In this document: in pieces, positions 19,418 to 27,182 of the stretch
How positions within the stretch are numbered: position 1 is the stretch's first letter
How the letters are laid out: every line of letters begins with the position of its first letter
IMG/VR virus record: IMGVR_UViG_3300033074_001783
Span: 32,001-96,000 of that record
Source: a virus
Taxonomy: Duplodnaviria > Caudoviricetes
DNA length: 64,000 bases
Strand: one strand, 5' to 3'
Position numbers and translations under genes: made by a program
The notes under the pieces: generated by a model
What the model saw: only the letters and a program-made list of their open reading frames with translations
Database searches by the model: none
What the model was told of the DNA's origin: nothing

Positions 19418-19439
19418 GCGGGTTTAACTAGCCCGCATG
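19415..19439 (-). promoter_or_regulatory. Hairpin enclosing the portal ATG, with the putative late-promoter motif in its loop
   Basis: CATGCGGG-CTAGTTAAA-CCCGCATG, a perfect 8-bp stem. Confidence 0.65.
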
Positions 19440-19443
19440 GGTT

Positions 19444-19980
19444 TTAGTTTTTGAGAAGGAGCTCCCAAATTTCTTTACCACAATGACGGACTTTAACAGG
19501 CAAGCCTGCAACAAAATCATCAAATAGTCCAGATGCAAGAAAAAATCTCATTTTTGTTCCTGATAAAAATTCAGAAGTAATTCTTGGAACAATATGCACC
19601 TGCACCAAACCTTTGCTAACCAGATTCGGTGCAAACAAAGCTATTTTAGAACAGGTGTATCTGTTGGCATCTATTTCATCTGTGAAAATGAAATGTGCGT
19701 TGTTTTTATCATCTTCTTCTTTCAAAGCAAGATAAATGTCCTTAACAGGGCTCGTTGTGGAAAACTGCAAAACAACCGATGGTGGCAGTGTGGGAATAAG
19801 ATATTTTTCCCACACTTGTTTCATTTTCTTGCCAGAAACAAAAAATTCTCCGGGTCTTTGACGATCTTGATCTGAAACAAACAATTTGGTGATTTCACAA
19901 ACGGAAGCGGAGCTCTCTATTAAACTCCAGTGACCTAAATGCACAGGTTTGAAAGCACCGCCTACGTAGCCAATAATCAT
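19444..19980 (-). CDS. HIGH-family (cytidylyltransferase-like) nucleotidyltransferase
   Basis: GGAFKPVHLGH (HxGH) and SGTKMR motifs. Confidence 0.8.
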   Translation of the reverse strand: MIIGYVGGAFKPVHLGHWSLIESSASVCEITKLFVSDQDRQRPGEFFVSGKKMKQVWEKYLIPTLPPSVVLQFSTTSPVKDIYLALKEEDDKNNAHFIFTDEIDANRYTCSKIALFAPNLVSKGLVQVHIVPRITSEFLSGTKMRFFLASGLFDDFVAGLPVKVRHCGKEIWELLLKN

Positions 19981-19987
19981 TCTTCTT

Positions 19988-20013
19988 TTCTCTCCTATTG
20001 GTTAGGTTCCACT
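19988..20013. repeat. Dispersed repeat copy 2, at the divergent strand switch
   Basis: Identical to 6396-6421. Confidence 0.9.
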
Positions 20014-20032
20014 AACCATATTTACTTCTACC

Positions 20033-20359
20033 ATGCTGTCAGAAAATTTGAAACAAAAGATCGTAGAAGTCGCCCGATACATCGGTAGCGACTGCACAGA
20101 TTGGGTTCAAATAAAAAACCAGATTTTGCACTGTATTGAAAACGAAGAAAGAGATTTGTTTTCAAGAAGACACCCAAGAACAAAAAAACACTTTGTTAAC
20201 GATCATGACCAAGCAGTGATTGAATTCTGGGAGAAAGTCACGGGAGTGCGTCCATTCATTCAAGATGGACGTTCTCATGACTCCAATTGGGTCTACAAAC
20301 CAAAAGGTTGGGCATTGTTTGAATACAACAGAAAGAGATCCAAAAATGAAAAAACTTGA
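20033..20359 (+). CDS. Hypothetical protein
   Basis: 108-aa ORF, first gene of the plus-strand island; ATATTTA 8 nt upstream. Confidence 0.6.
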   Translation: MLSENLKQKIVEVARYIGSDCTDWVQIKNQILHCIENEERDLFSRRHPRTKKHFVNDHDQAVIEFWEKVTGVRPFIQDGRSHDSNWVYKPKGWALFEYNRKRSKNEKT

Positions 20360-21344
20360 ACGACTCATTGAATCAATGGTTCAAGAGTCTTTGCTGTTAG
20401 AAGATGATGACGGAGGAGATGACAGTGGGGCATACCCGTCTGGGATTTATAACGACTATTACGATTCTATGGGTTACGGTGGAGGTGGCAGTGGGCATGG
20501 TTATGGTAATGCTTTGTACCAAACTTTTGTTCAACCCTTGACGGACATTTACCATACTGCAATGTATGGCTTGAAAATGTTGTCTGCATCGGCGCAACAG
20601 ATAGTTCGGCAAGTTTTGGTCAACGTACCAAAACTCTTGGTTCCATTTTACAACACAGAGGACTATCAATCTCTCTTGAGAAGAAGAAACGCCAAACTAC
20701 AAGCAATTGAGAACAAATACACGGAAGTTCTCAAACGAAACATAGAATATCTGCACGACCACGATTTGCAAGGTATGGCTTTTTTGTTGGACCCTTCTTT
20801 GTTTCTTGGAGCAAAACTCGTGCAGCAAACGCCTGCGGTAGCTCAAGGGTTGTTGGAACTTGTCGGGCTTGGAACAAATTTGTACACCAGTAAAGAAATG
20901 AACAGTTTATTCGGACCAAAACTATATCAACACGAGTCACTCATCCGAGAAGGGAATGAGCAGATTCTACAAATGGCATCCAACCCACAAGTGGCAAAGA
21001 AACTTTTGGAGTTGCCTGAAGTGAAAAGCGTGCAAAACGAAATACTAGGTTCTATCGTTGAACAGGTAAAAGAGTTTTTGGCAATTCCAACTTTTGAGGA
21101 ACTGTTGAAGCACACCAAAGGATCTTTGTCGCCTGTACAACAACAACTAAACGCTTCTTATCGTTCCAAACAAATAACACCAAATGATGTTCCAAACACC
21201 AAACAAGCACTTTTGGTAAAAATAAAAACAGATTATCAAAAACACTATATTGAGATGTTAAAAAAACTTAAAACTATGGCCCCCGGTGCTGCGACGGCAA
21301 TAACCAAAGCAATCTCTCAGATTTCTTCTCTCAAAATTGCGTAA
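20346..21344 (+). CDS. Hypothetical protein with LxE leader
   Basis: Likely start ATG 20346: MKKLERLIESMVQESLLLE-D, then a D/G/Y-rich linker and a helical body. Confidence 0.65.
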   Translation: MKKLERLIESMVQESLLLEDDDGGDDSGAYPSGIYNDYYDSMGYGGGGSGHGYGNALYQTFVQPLTDIYHTAMYGLKMLSASAQQIVRQVLVNVPKLLVPFYNTEDYQSLLRRRNAKLQAIENKYTEVLKRNIEYLHDHDLQGMAFLLDPSLFLGAKLVQQTPAVAQGLLELVGLGTNLYTSKEMNSLFGPKLYQHESLIREGNEQILQMASNPQVAKKLLELPEVKSVQNEILGSIVEQVKEFLAIPTFEELLKHTKGSLSPVQQQLNASYRSKQITPNDVPNTKQALLVKIKTDYQKHYIEMLKKLKTMAPGAATAITKAISQISSLKIA

Positions 21345-21401
21345 TCTATTTTCTTCGTTTATACACCGCGTCTCAAAACTGCCTTAATATCCCACAAGAA
21401 C

Positions 21402-21683
21402 ATGGGACGCCCAAAGAAAAACAAAGAAGAAGTTGCCAACGCGCAACCAATGTCAATCACAGAACTCCAGCCGATCGTTGAAGAGTTTATCAAAAGATAT
21501 CAATCGTTGAAAAACGAACAAGAACTTCTCAAAGAAGATGAGAAAGCGCTTGTTACAGAGTTTTCAGAAAAACTTGATACCAAAACATTGCAGTTGGCAA
21601 TGAAAACAATTGCGCTCAAAGCAAAGGTACAACACAAAGAAACTTACGATCTGTTGGTTGAGATCCTTGAAAGGACTGTTTGA
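21402..21683 (+). CDS. Small dsDNA-binding protein (T4 DsbA / GapR-like)
   Basis: EFIKRYQSLKNEQELLKED.K.L..E....LDTK.L..A pattern; 93 aa. Confidence 0.6.
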   Translation: MGRPKKNKEEVANAQPMSITELQPIVEEFIKRYQSLKNEQELLKEDEKALVTEFSEKLDTKTLQLAMKTIALKAKVQHKETYDLLVEILERTV

Positions 21684-21698
21684 AACAGGTTGTTTAAC

Positions 21699-22202
21699 AT
21701 GACACTTACACCAACTCCAATCCCACCACAATATAAATGGGATACAATTCCAGAAATTCTTTACGAGGAACCGAGCGTAGGCGGGAAAGGAAATCCTATC
21801 CCTTATATTGATGTTCCAAAAACAAAAGAAATGCCTCCTGTTTTGTTTGTGTTTGAATACAAACGAACGGGAGAATATGAGCCAGACAGCAAAGGAAAAC
21901 CAGCAGAAATTGTGGATCAAATTCCTCACCGATATGCTGATCTTGAATATTTGTTTCTTCGTCTTGATCCTTCTTTGCACGACATTGTAAGATGTTCATT
22001 GGGGATGAAACCAAAGAACCAAGCAGAGCAAGATGGTGCGGCAGTGATGGAAAGAGTTCTTGGAAAAGAGCAAGAACTACGCACCGCGGCCGAGGTTTCT
22101 CAACAAGAACGCATTGGCAAAATGCAAGAAGCGTATGAAGCTGTTAAATCTGCTTCAGAGAAACGTAAAACAAAAAAAGACAAAAGAAAGGCTCGCAAAT
22201 GA
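21699..22202 (+). CDS. Hypothetical protein
   Basis: ORF in a tightly packed plus-strand run. Confidence 0.6.
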   Translation: MTLTPTPIPPQYKWDTIPEILYEEPSVGGKGNPIPYIDVPKTKEMPPVLFVFEYKRTGEYEPDSKGKPAEIVDQIPHRYADLEYLFLRLDPSLHDIVRCSLGMKPKNQAEQDGAAVMERVLGKEQELRTAAEVSQQERIGKMQEAYEAVKSASEKRKTKKDKRKARK

Positions 22203-22597
22203 GACTTCACCCAAACGTTATTGTTAAACTGTTGACCATTTGTCACAATCAAGGTGGTTACACAGAAGAAACACGACTGATTAAATCGTTTTCTGATGTG
22301 AGATTGTCTGTTTATGCAAGACAAGAGTCCGCACCAGTGCTGGTAGAAACAGAACTGTTTCTGTTGGAAAGAACACAACGAGGGAAACCAGTAGATGACA
22401 TTGTTCCCATGAAACTCAACAATGGTGCAGTAAAAAAACTGCTGGAATTATACAGATCATACAGTGGGCATACGCATGAATCCAAGTTGAAGAATGCATT
22501 CTTCAATCTTGATTTTACTCCATACACCACAAGCACCGGAGAATCCATTCTGATTCTAACAGAGGAGTACATGAAAGCACTCCAGAATACACAGTGA
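22199..22597 (+). CDS. Hypothetical protein
   Basis: ATGA overlap with the upstream gene. Confidence 0.6.
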   Translation: MRLHPNVIVKLLTICHNQGGYTEETRLIKSFSDVRLSVYARQESAPVLVETELFLLERTQRGKPVDDIVPMKLNNGAVKKLLELYRSYSGHTHESKLKNAFFNLDFTPYTTSTGESILILTEEYMKALQNTQ

Positions 22598-22601
22598 AAC
22601 C

Positions 22602-23033
22602 ATGAAAATAGGACAAGTTGTATATATTATTTCCAAAAAGAATCAAACGATTGTTCCTGCGATAATTCATGAAGAGAATGTTTGCAAACGAATTGACGGT
22701 GAACAAATCACATACAAAGTTTTGATTGGTGAACCAAATAAAGCAAAACTAATTGATTTGTCAAAAATAGACACAGACGTTTTCAGCAGTGTGGATGAGG
22801 TTAGAGATCATCTTTTGACCAATTTCACAAAGATTTTGGATGAGGCTTGCAGTAACGCGACAACAATGTCACAAAAATGGTATGGACATTTGTTGGGTCA
22901 GAATCAAACCCAACAATCTAATGGTTCACCGGGAGAAGAGTTGTTTGATGAAATTGCATCTCAAATGTCACCCAACAACAGCAACGAAGTAATGGTTCAA
23001 TTGCCCGACGGCAGAATGGTTCCAGCGGTATAA
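22602..23033 (+). CDS. Hypothetical protein
   Basis: 143-aa ORF directly upstream of the chaperonin. Confidence 0.6.
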   Translation: MKIGQVVYIISKKNQTIVPAIIHEENVCKRIDGEQITYKVLIGEPNKAKLIDLSKIDTDVFSSVDEVRDHLLTNFTKILDEACSNATTMSQKWYGHLLGQNQTQQSNGSPGEELFDEIASQMSPNNSNEVMVQLPDGRMVPAV

Positions 23034-23035
23034 AC

Positions 23036-24760
23036 ATGACTAAATTATCTTCCATTGTCGCCAGTGCAAAATCAAATAAAGATGTGGTTTTTGGTTCTGA
23101 GGCTCATGACGCCATGTTGAGGGGTGCAACCACATTGGCTTTGGCTGTTAAATCAACAATGGGACCTTCTGGTCACAATGTTATTATTGACAGAGAAATG
23201 AGTGGTCCTCTTATCACCAAAGATGGTGTTACGGTGGCCAAATCAATCAACCTTAAAGAAAAACTTCCTTCTATTGGGGCAGAACTTCTCAAAGAAGTTG
23301 CCGCAAAAACCAACGAACAAGCAGGAGATGGGACAACAACGGCAACCGTTTTGGCACACGCCATTTTTCAAGAAGGCGTGAAAATGATTGCTTCCGGCAG
23401 AAGTTCCATTGGTTTGAAACGAGGAATTGATTTTGGGGCAGCGAACATTATTGAGCATTTAAAAAAGAACGCGATTCAAATCAGAAACGACAATGATATT
23501 GTAAGTGTTGGCACTATTTCAGCAAATGGCGACCGTCAAATTGGAGAGTTGCTTTCCTCGGCCATCTCAAAAGTAAGCCAAGATGGCATCATCACAATTG
23601 AAGCCGCAAAAAGCTTTGCTACAACACTGGAGGTGGTTGAAGGAATGCAGTTTGATTCAGGGTACGTTTCTCCTTATTTTATCACCAATCAAGAAAAAAA
23701 TACTTTTGAAGCAACAGATCCATTTATTCTCATAACAAATAGAAAAATCTCTGCACTTCAAGAAATTGTTGGTTTACTGGAACAGGTTGCCAATTCAGGA
23801 AAATCTTTGTTGATCATTGGAGACGAGATTGAAGCAGAAGCCTTGCACACTTTAATTGTCAACAAAATGAGAGGTATTTTGAACGCCTGCGCGGTACGAG
23901 CTCCTTCGTATGGCGATAACCGACAAGACATTTTACAAGACATCGCATTGGTCACAGGTGGTCAGGTGTTTGATGCTTCAAATCCTCAAGCATTAAAAAA
24001 CGCAGATCTTTCTCAGCTTGGAACTTGTAAACGAGTGATCATCACCAGAAACGCAACCACCATTGTTGGCAATTCAAGTGAGACCATTAAAAAATCTGTT
24101 GATGAAAGAATTTCACAACTACGCTCTGCGTTAGCAACAGATTTCACAATGGACGATTTGAGACGACACAACTACAAACGCCGTCTTGCGAAATTGGCAG
24201 GAGGCGTCGCTGTTGTAAGGGTTGGTGGCTCTACCGAAACGGAAATTCTTGAAAAGAAAGATCGTGTGGAAGATGCGCTGAACGCAACCATTGCCGCTGT
24301 GCAAGAAGGAATAATCCCCGGTGGTGGAACTGCTTTGTTTTACGCGGCCACAGATCTTGCAGCCGATGCCAAAAAGATAGCTCCAGCTTCATTTGGAGAT
24401 GATGAATTTGCTGGCATACAGGTCGTTGTCAATGCTTGCAAAGCGCCTCTTGCAACAATCGTTGAAAACACTGGTAAAAATTTCGGTGTTGTAATGCACG
24501 AGTTGGTAGATCCAAGAAACATGATCTGTACCCACTCCCAAGGATTCGGTGACACAACACCGGATAAGTTTGAGAGAAACTACAATTTTGGGTACGATGC
24601 AAGCAAGCATCGTTATGGGGATCTTGTTGAGTGGGGAATTATTGACCCTGTGAAAGTTCCTAGATTTGCCCTTGAACACGCAGCAAGTGTTGTTGGATTG
24701 ATGTTAACATGCAATGCTGTTGTGTTGAACGAAGACAAGGAAGAAGTTCATGGCGAATAA
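23036..24760 (+). CDS. groEL: Phage-encoded GroEL-like chaperonin
   Basis: [59 protein letters not shown]. Confidence 0.96.
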   Translation: MTKLSSIVASAKSNKDVVFGSEAHDAMLRGATTLALAVKSTMGPSGHNVIIDREMSGPLITKDGVTVAKSINLKEKLPSIGAELLKEVAAKTNEQAGDGTTTATVLAHAIFQEGVKMIASGRSSIGLKRGIDFGAANIIEHLKKNAIQIRNDNDIVSVGTISANGDRQIGELLSSAISKVSQDGIITIEAAKSFATTLEVVEGMQFDSGYVSPYFITNQEKNTFEATDPFILITNRKISALQEIVGLLEQVANSGKSLLIIGDEIEAEALHTLIVNKMRGILNACAVRAPSYGDNRQDILQDIALVTGGQVFDASNPQALKNADLSQLGTCKRVIITRNATTIVGNSSETIKKSVDERISQLRSALATDFTMDDLRRHNYKRRLAKLAGGVAVVRVGGSTETEILEKKDRVEDALNATIAAVQEGIIPGGGTALFYAATDLAADAKKIAPASFGDDEFAGIQVVVNACKAPLATIVENTGKNFGVVMHELVDPRNMICTHSQGFGDTTPDKFERNYNFGYDASKHRYGDLVEWGIIDPVKVPRFALEHAASVVGLMLTCNAVVLNEDKEEVHGE

Positions 24761-24989
24761 AGTTGTAAGAATGACGCCCGAGGCGGCAGAAGACTTGTTT
24801 GCTTATTTCAAACTTACGCCCGAATCATTCGCTGCCAAATTGTCTGAATTGTGTGGCGAACAAGTAACACCGCGAATGATGACTTGGACCGGAGAATGCC
24901 GGTTATATGAAGGAGAAGAGGAAGTGGATTATTTAATAGATCACCTCGGAAACATTACTTTAAAGGAGAAAAACAATGGCGCAAGGTGA
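24750..24989 (+). CDS. Hypothetical protein
   Basis: 79-aa ORF overlapping the groEL end. Confidence 0.5.
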   Translation: MANKVVRMTPEAAEDLFAYFKLTPESFAAKLSELCGEQVTPRMMTWTGECRLYEGEEEVDYLIDHLGNITLKEKNNGAR

Positions 24990-25332
24990 TAGAGTCAGAG
25001 CTCAGTTGGGCAGATTGTTTCATGGAGAATCACCCATTCCAATTTACAACGTTGCGGTTGATTCCCAAAATCGTTACGTGGTTGACAACTCGGGTTGTGT
25101 TAATCCGCAGTTTTGTGGAGGTGTCAAACCGGGTAGTTGTGGCATTATTGATGGACATCCCTGCAAAACCCCCAAGAGCAGCCTTAAAGGGTATGAGAAG
25201 ACACACGCAATGGGAGCAGATTATGTAAATCTGTATCCAGTCTATTGGGAAAACTACAGACAAATTGCTTGGATATCTTCAGATCACTTTGAAGTAATAG
25301 GCAGCAATCCAGATCTTGATCGGCAAGGCTAA
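24976..25332 (+). CDS. Hypothetical protein
   Basis: 118 aa; AAGGAG RBS. Confidence 0.6.
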   Translation: MAQGDRVRAQLGRLFHGESPIPIYNVAVDSQNRYVVDNSGCVNPQFCGGVKPGSCGIIDGHPCKTPKSSLKGYEKTHAMGADYVNLYPVYWENYRQIAWISSDHFEVIGSNPDLDRQG

Positions 25333-25342
25333 TTAAAACATC

Positions 25343-25804
25343 ATGACTACACAGTGGCCAGAGCCAGGACCCAATCTTGTTGGGGAATATCAAATATCAG
25401 GTTTGCCTTATGCGACTTCTTCTGTTGTAACTTCAACAACAGTTCCGTTGCAAATAGCATTTCCTTTTGTTACAAGGTTTTTAACAGTTACCAACACTGG
25501 AACAAACTATCTCGGTGTAGGCTGGACTGCAAATGGTATAAAAGGTGGAGACAGATTTACTTTAGCGCCAAGCGGTTCTTACACAGGAGATTGGCGCGTT
25601 AAAGATTTGTATCTGTTGGGAATTGGCGGAAGTTGCAATTTTCAAGTGCAAGCGGGACTCACAATGGTGAGGAGAAAAATGTTCCCCACTTTAACAGGTT
25701 CCGCTGCGGCAGGAGTTTTGTCGGCCAGTGCCAACTCCAGTGATTTTGGATATGGTAGCCCCAATCCTTTGACCGGACTGCCATCTGTTTGTGGTTTGGG
25801 TTGA
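25343..25804 (+). CDS. Hypothetical beta-rich protein, possibly virion-associated
   Basis: 153 aa, rich in Thr/Ser/Gly; CTAATTA 7 nt upstream. Confidence 0.55.
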   Translation: MTTQWPEPGPNLVGEYQISGLPYATSSVVTSTTVPLQIAFPFVTRFLTVTNTGTNYLGVGWTANGIKGGDRFTLAPSGSYTGDWRVKDLYLLGIGGSCNFQVQAGLTMVRRKMFPTLTGSAAAGVLSASANSSDFGYGSPNPLTGLPSVCGLG

Positions 25805-26248
25805 TTACCTGTTGTAAGTGTTGGCAATTGCGCCAACGATCTCTTGCACGCGTCCGCGTGTGACAAGTCCCATGCCAAGATTTTTGCAATGCTCTTTCAC
25901 GGCTTTGCTGTGAAACTGTCCAATGTTTGCATGAATGATTGCAGAAATGCTTTCTGCAAGAGAAATCACCATGTCAAGATATTCATCAAGACTTGCCCTT
26001 GGATTGTTCGTCATTTCCTCAAGCCCGTTGAAAGCTCTTGGAATCATGGGGTTGATGTGCATGACATTTTCTCCAACTGTCGGCTCTGTTGGTGATTTCA
26101 GTTCTCTGGCAAGTGTCTCTGTCGCCTCTTTGAGAATTGGGTGTAGAATTGCCACCTTTCTGGCAAGTGGTTCCACTTCTTGTTTTGACATTTTGGCAAG
26201 TTGAAAAGTGATAGCGGCAAATGTAGGAGGCAGATTCTCGGCGCCCAT
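25805..26248 (-). CDS. Hypothetical protein
   Basis: Likely start ATG 26248 (MGAENLP); converges on the plus-strand island. Confidence 0.55.
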   Translation of the reverse strand: MGAENLPPTFAAITFQLAKMSKQEVEPLARKVAILHPILKEATETLARELKSPTEPTVGENVMHINPMIPRAFNGLEEMTNNPRASLDEYLDMVISLAESISAIIHANIGQFHSKAVKEHCKNLGMGLVTRGRVQEIVGAIANTYNR

Positions 26249-26300
26249 GTGATTCTCTTTCTTATCAGAAGTTTGAAACAAGCAAAGCTATTCTAACTGA

Positions 26301-27146
26301 TCAAGAGACTGGTTTGAAGTGTTTGCCCCAAGTCTCGTGTTTCATGTTTGAATATAGCACATTTGGATCACAATCAGACAATCCTGACATTTGACCATCA
26401 TTCAGTTCAACCACGTACCAAACTCCATTTTGTGCAAGGGCAACATCTACAACCACAAAATTAACGTTTTCTTTAATCCGTTCCAAAGTCTTTTCAACCA
26501 GTTGGGTAGCTTCTGTTGGAATGGAAACTGGTAATTTACCTTTCAATTCTTCTGTCCAAGCGGCCCAATAGTAACCAGAGGCCATGATTTTACCGTACAA
26601 ACAAAAAAACCTGTATTCCAATGTGATTGGTTGTTCGTTGAAACTTGTTGCAAATTGAACAAGAGGCACATACTTTCTTGCATAAAGAGTTTGCTCTTCA
26701 CCAATCCAAGTATCCAACAAACGATTTGACACTTGGATTGCCTCTTGTTTGTTGTTCGCAAACATGTGTGTATTCCATCTGTCTTTTTTGCTGTTTGTAG
26801 CCCCTTTTACCACAACTGGTCCACAGTTGTCTGGCAGATACGGAATATTAAACCAAGTTGGAAATGTTAAGTCTTCAATGTCTGCGTACCAATTTTGCAG
26901 GTCAGCCACATATTGATGTTGTCTGTAGGAGTTGACAAGAGTTCCGCCAACATGTTTGATATCTGCTTCAAGTTGTCGGTACATCGGAAGAACAGAATAT
27001 CTTCCGATCACCAAATCGCCTCCTGTTATTTTCATACGAGAATTAACAATTACGAAATGTTGACCACAGATCTTTTCTTCCGCTGCGTATTCGCCAGAAG
27101 GGTCAGACGGTGAAACAAATAAAACGACAGGTTGTTTTTGATTCAT
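26301..27146 (-). CDS. ATP-grasp domain protein (R2K-like)
   Basis: VVVKG...SKK, EYRFF..YGKI, FVVVDVA...WYVVELNDGQMSG. Confidence 0.75.
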   Translation of the reverse strand: MNQKQPVVLFVSPSDPSGEYAAEEKICGQHFVIVNSRMKITGGDLVIGRYSVLPMYRQLEADIKHVGGTLVNSYRQHQYVADLQNWYADIEDLTFPTWFNIPYLPDNCGPVVVKGATNSKKDRWNTHMFANNKQEAIQVSNRLLDTWIGEEQTLYARKYVPLVQFATSFNEQPITLEYRFFCLYGKIMASGYYWAAWTEELKGKLPVSIPTEATQLVEKTLERIKENVNFVVVDVALAQNGVWYVVELNDGQMSGLSDCDPNVLYSNMKHETWGKHFKPVS

Positions 27147-27151
27147 AGAAC

Positions 27152-27173
27152 GATATTACCACGCGGCAATATC
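27152..27173 (-). promoter_or_regulatory. Hairpin overlapping an extended -10 promoter of the ATP-grasp gene
   Basis: GATATTGCC-GCGT-GGTAATATC; TGGTAATAT ends 6 nt before the ATG. Confidence 0.45.
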
Positions 27174-27182
27174 ATGTTATCA

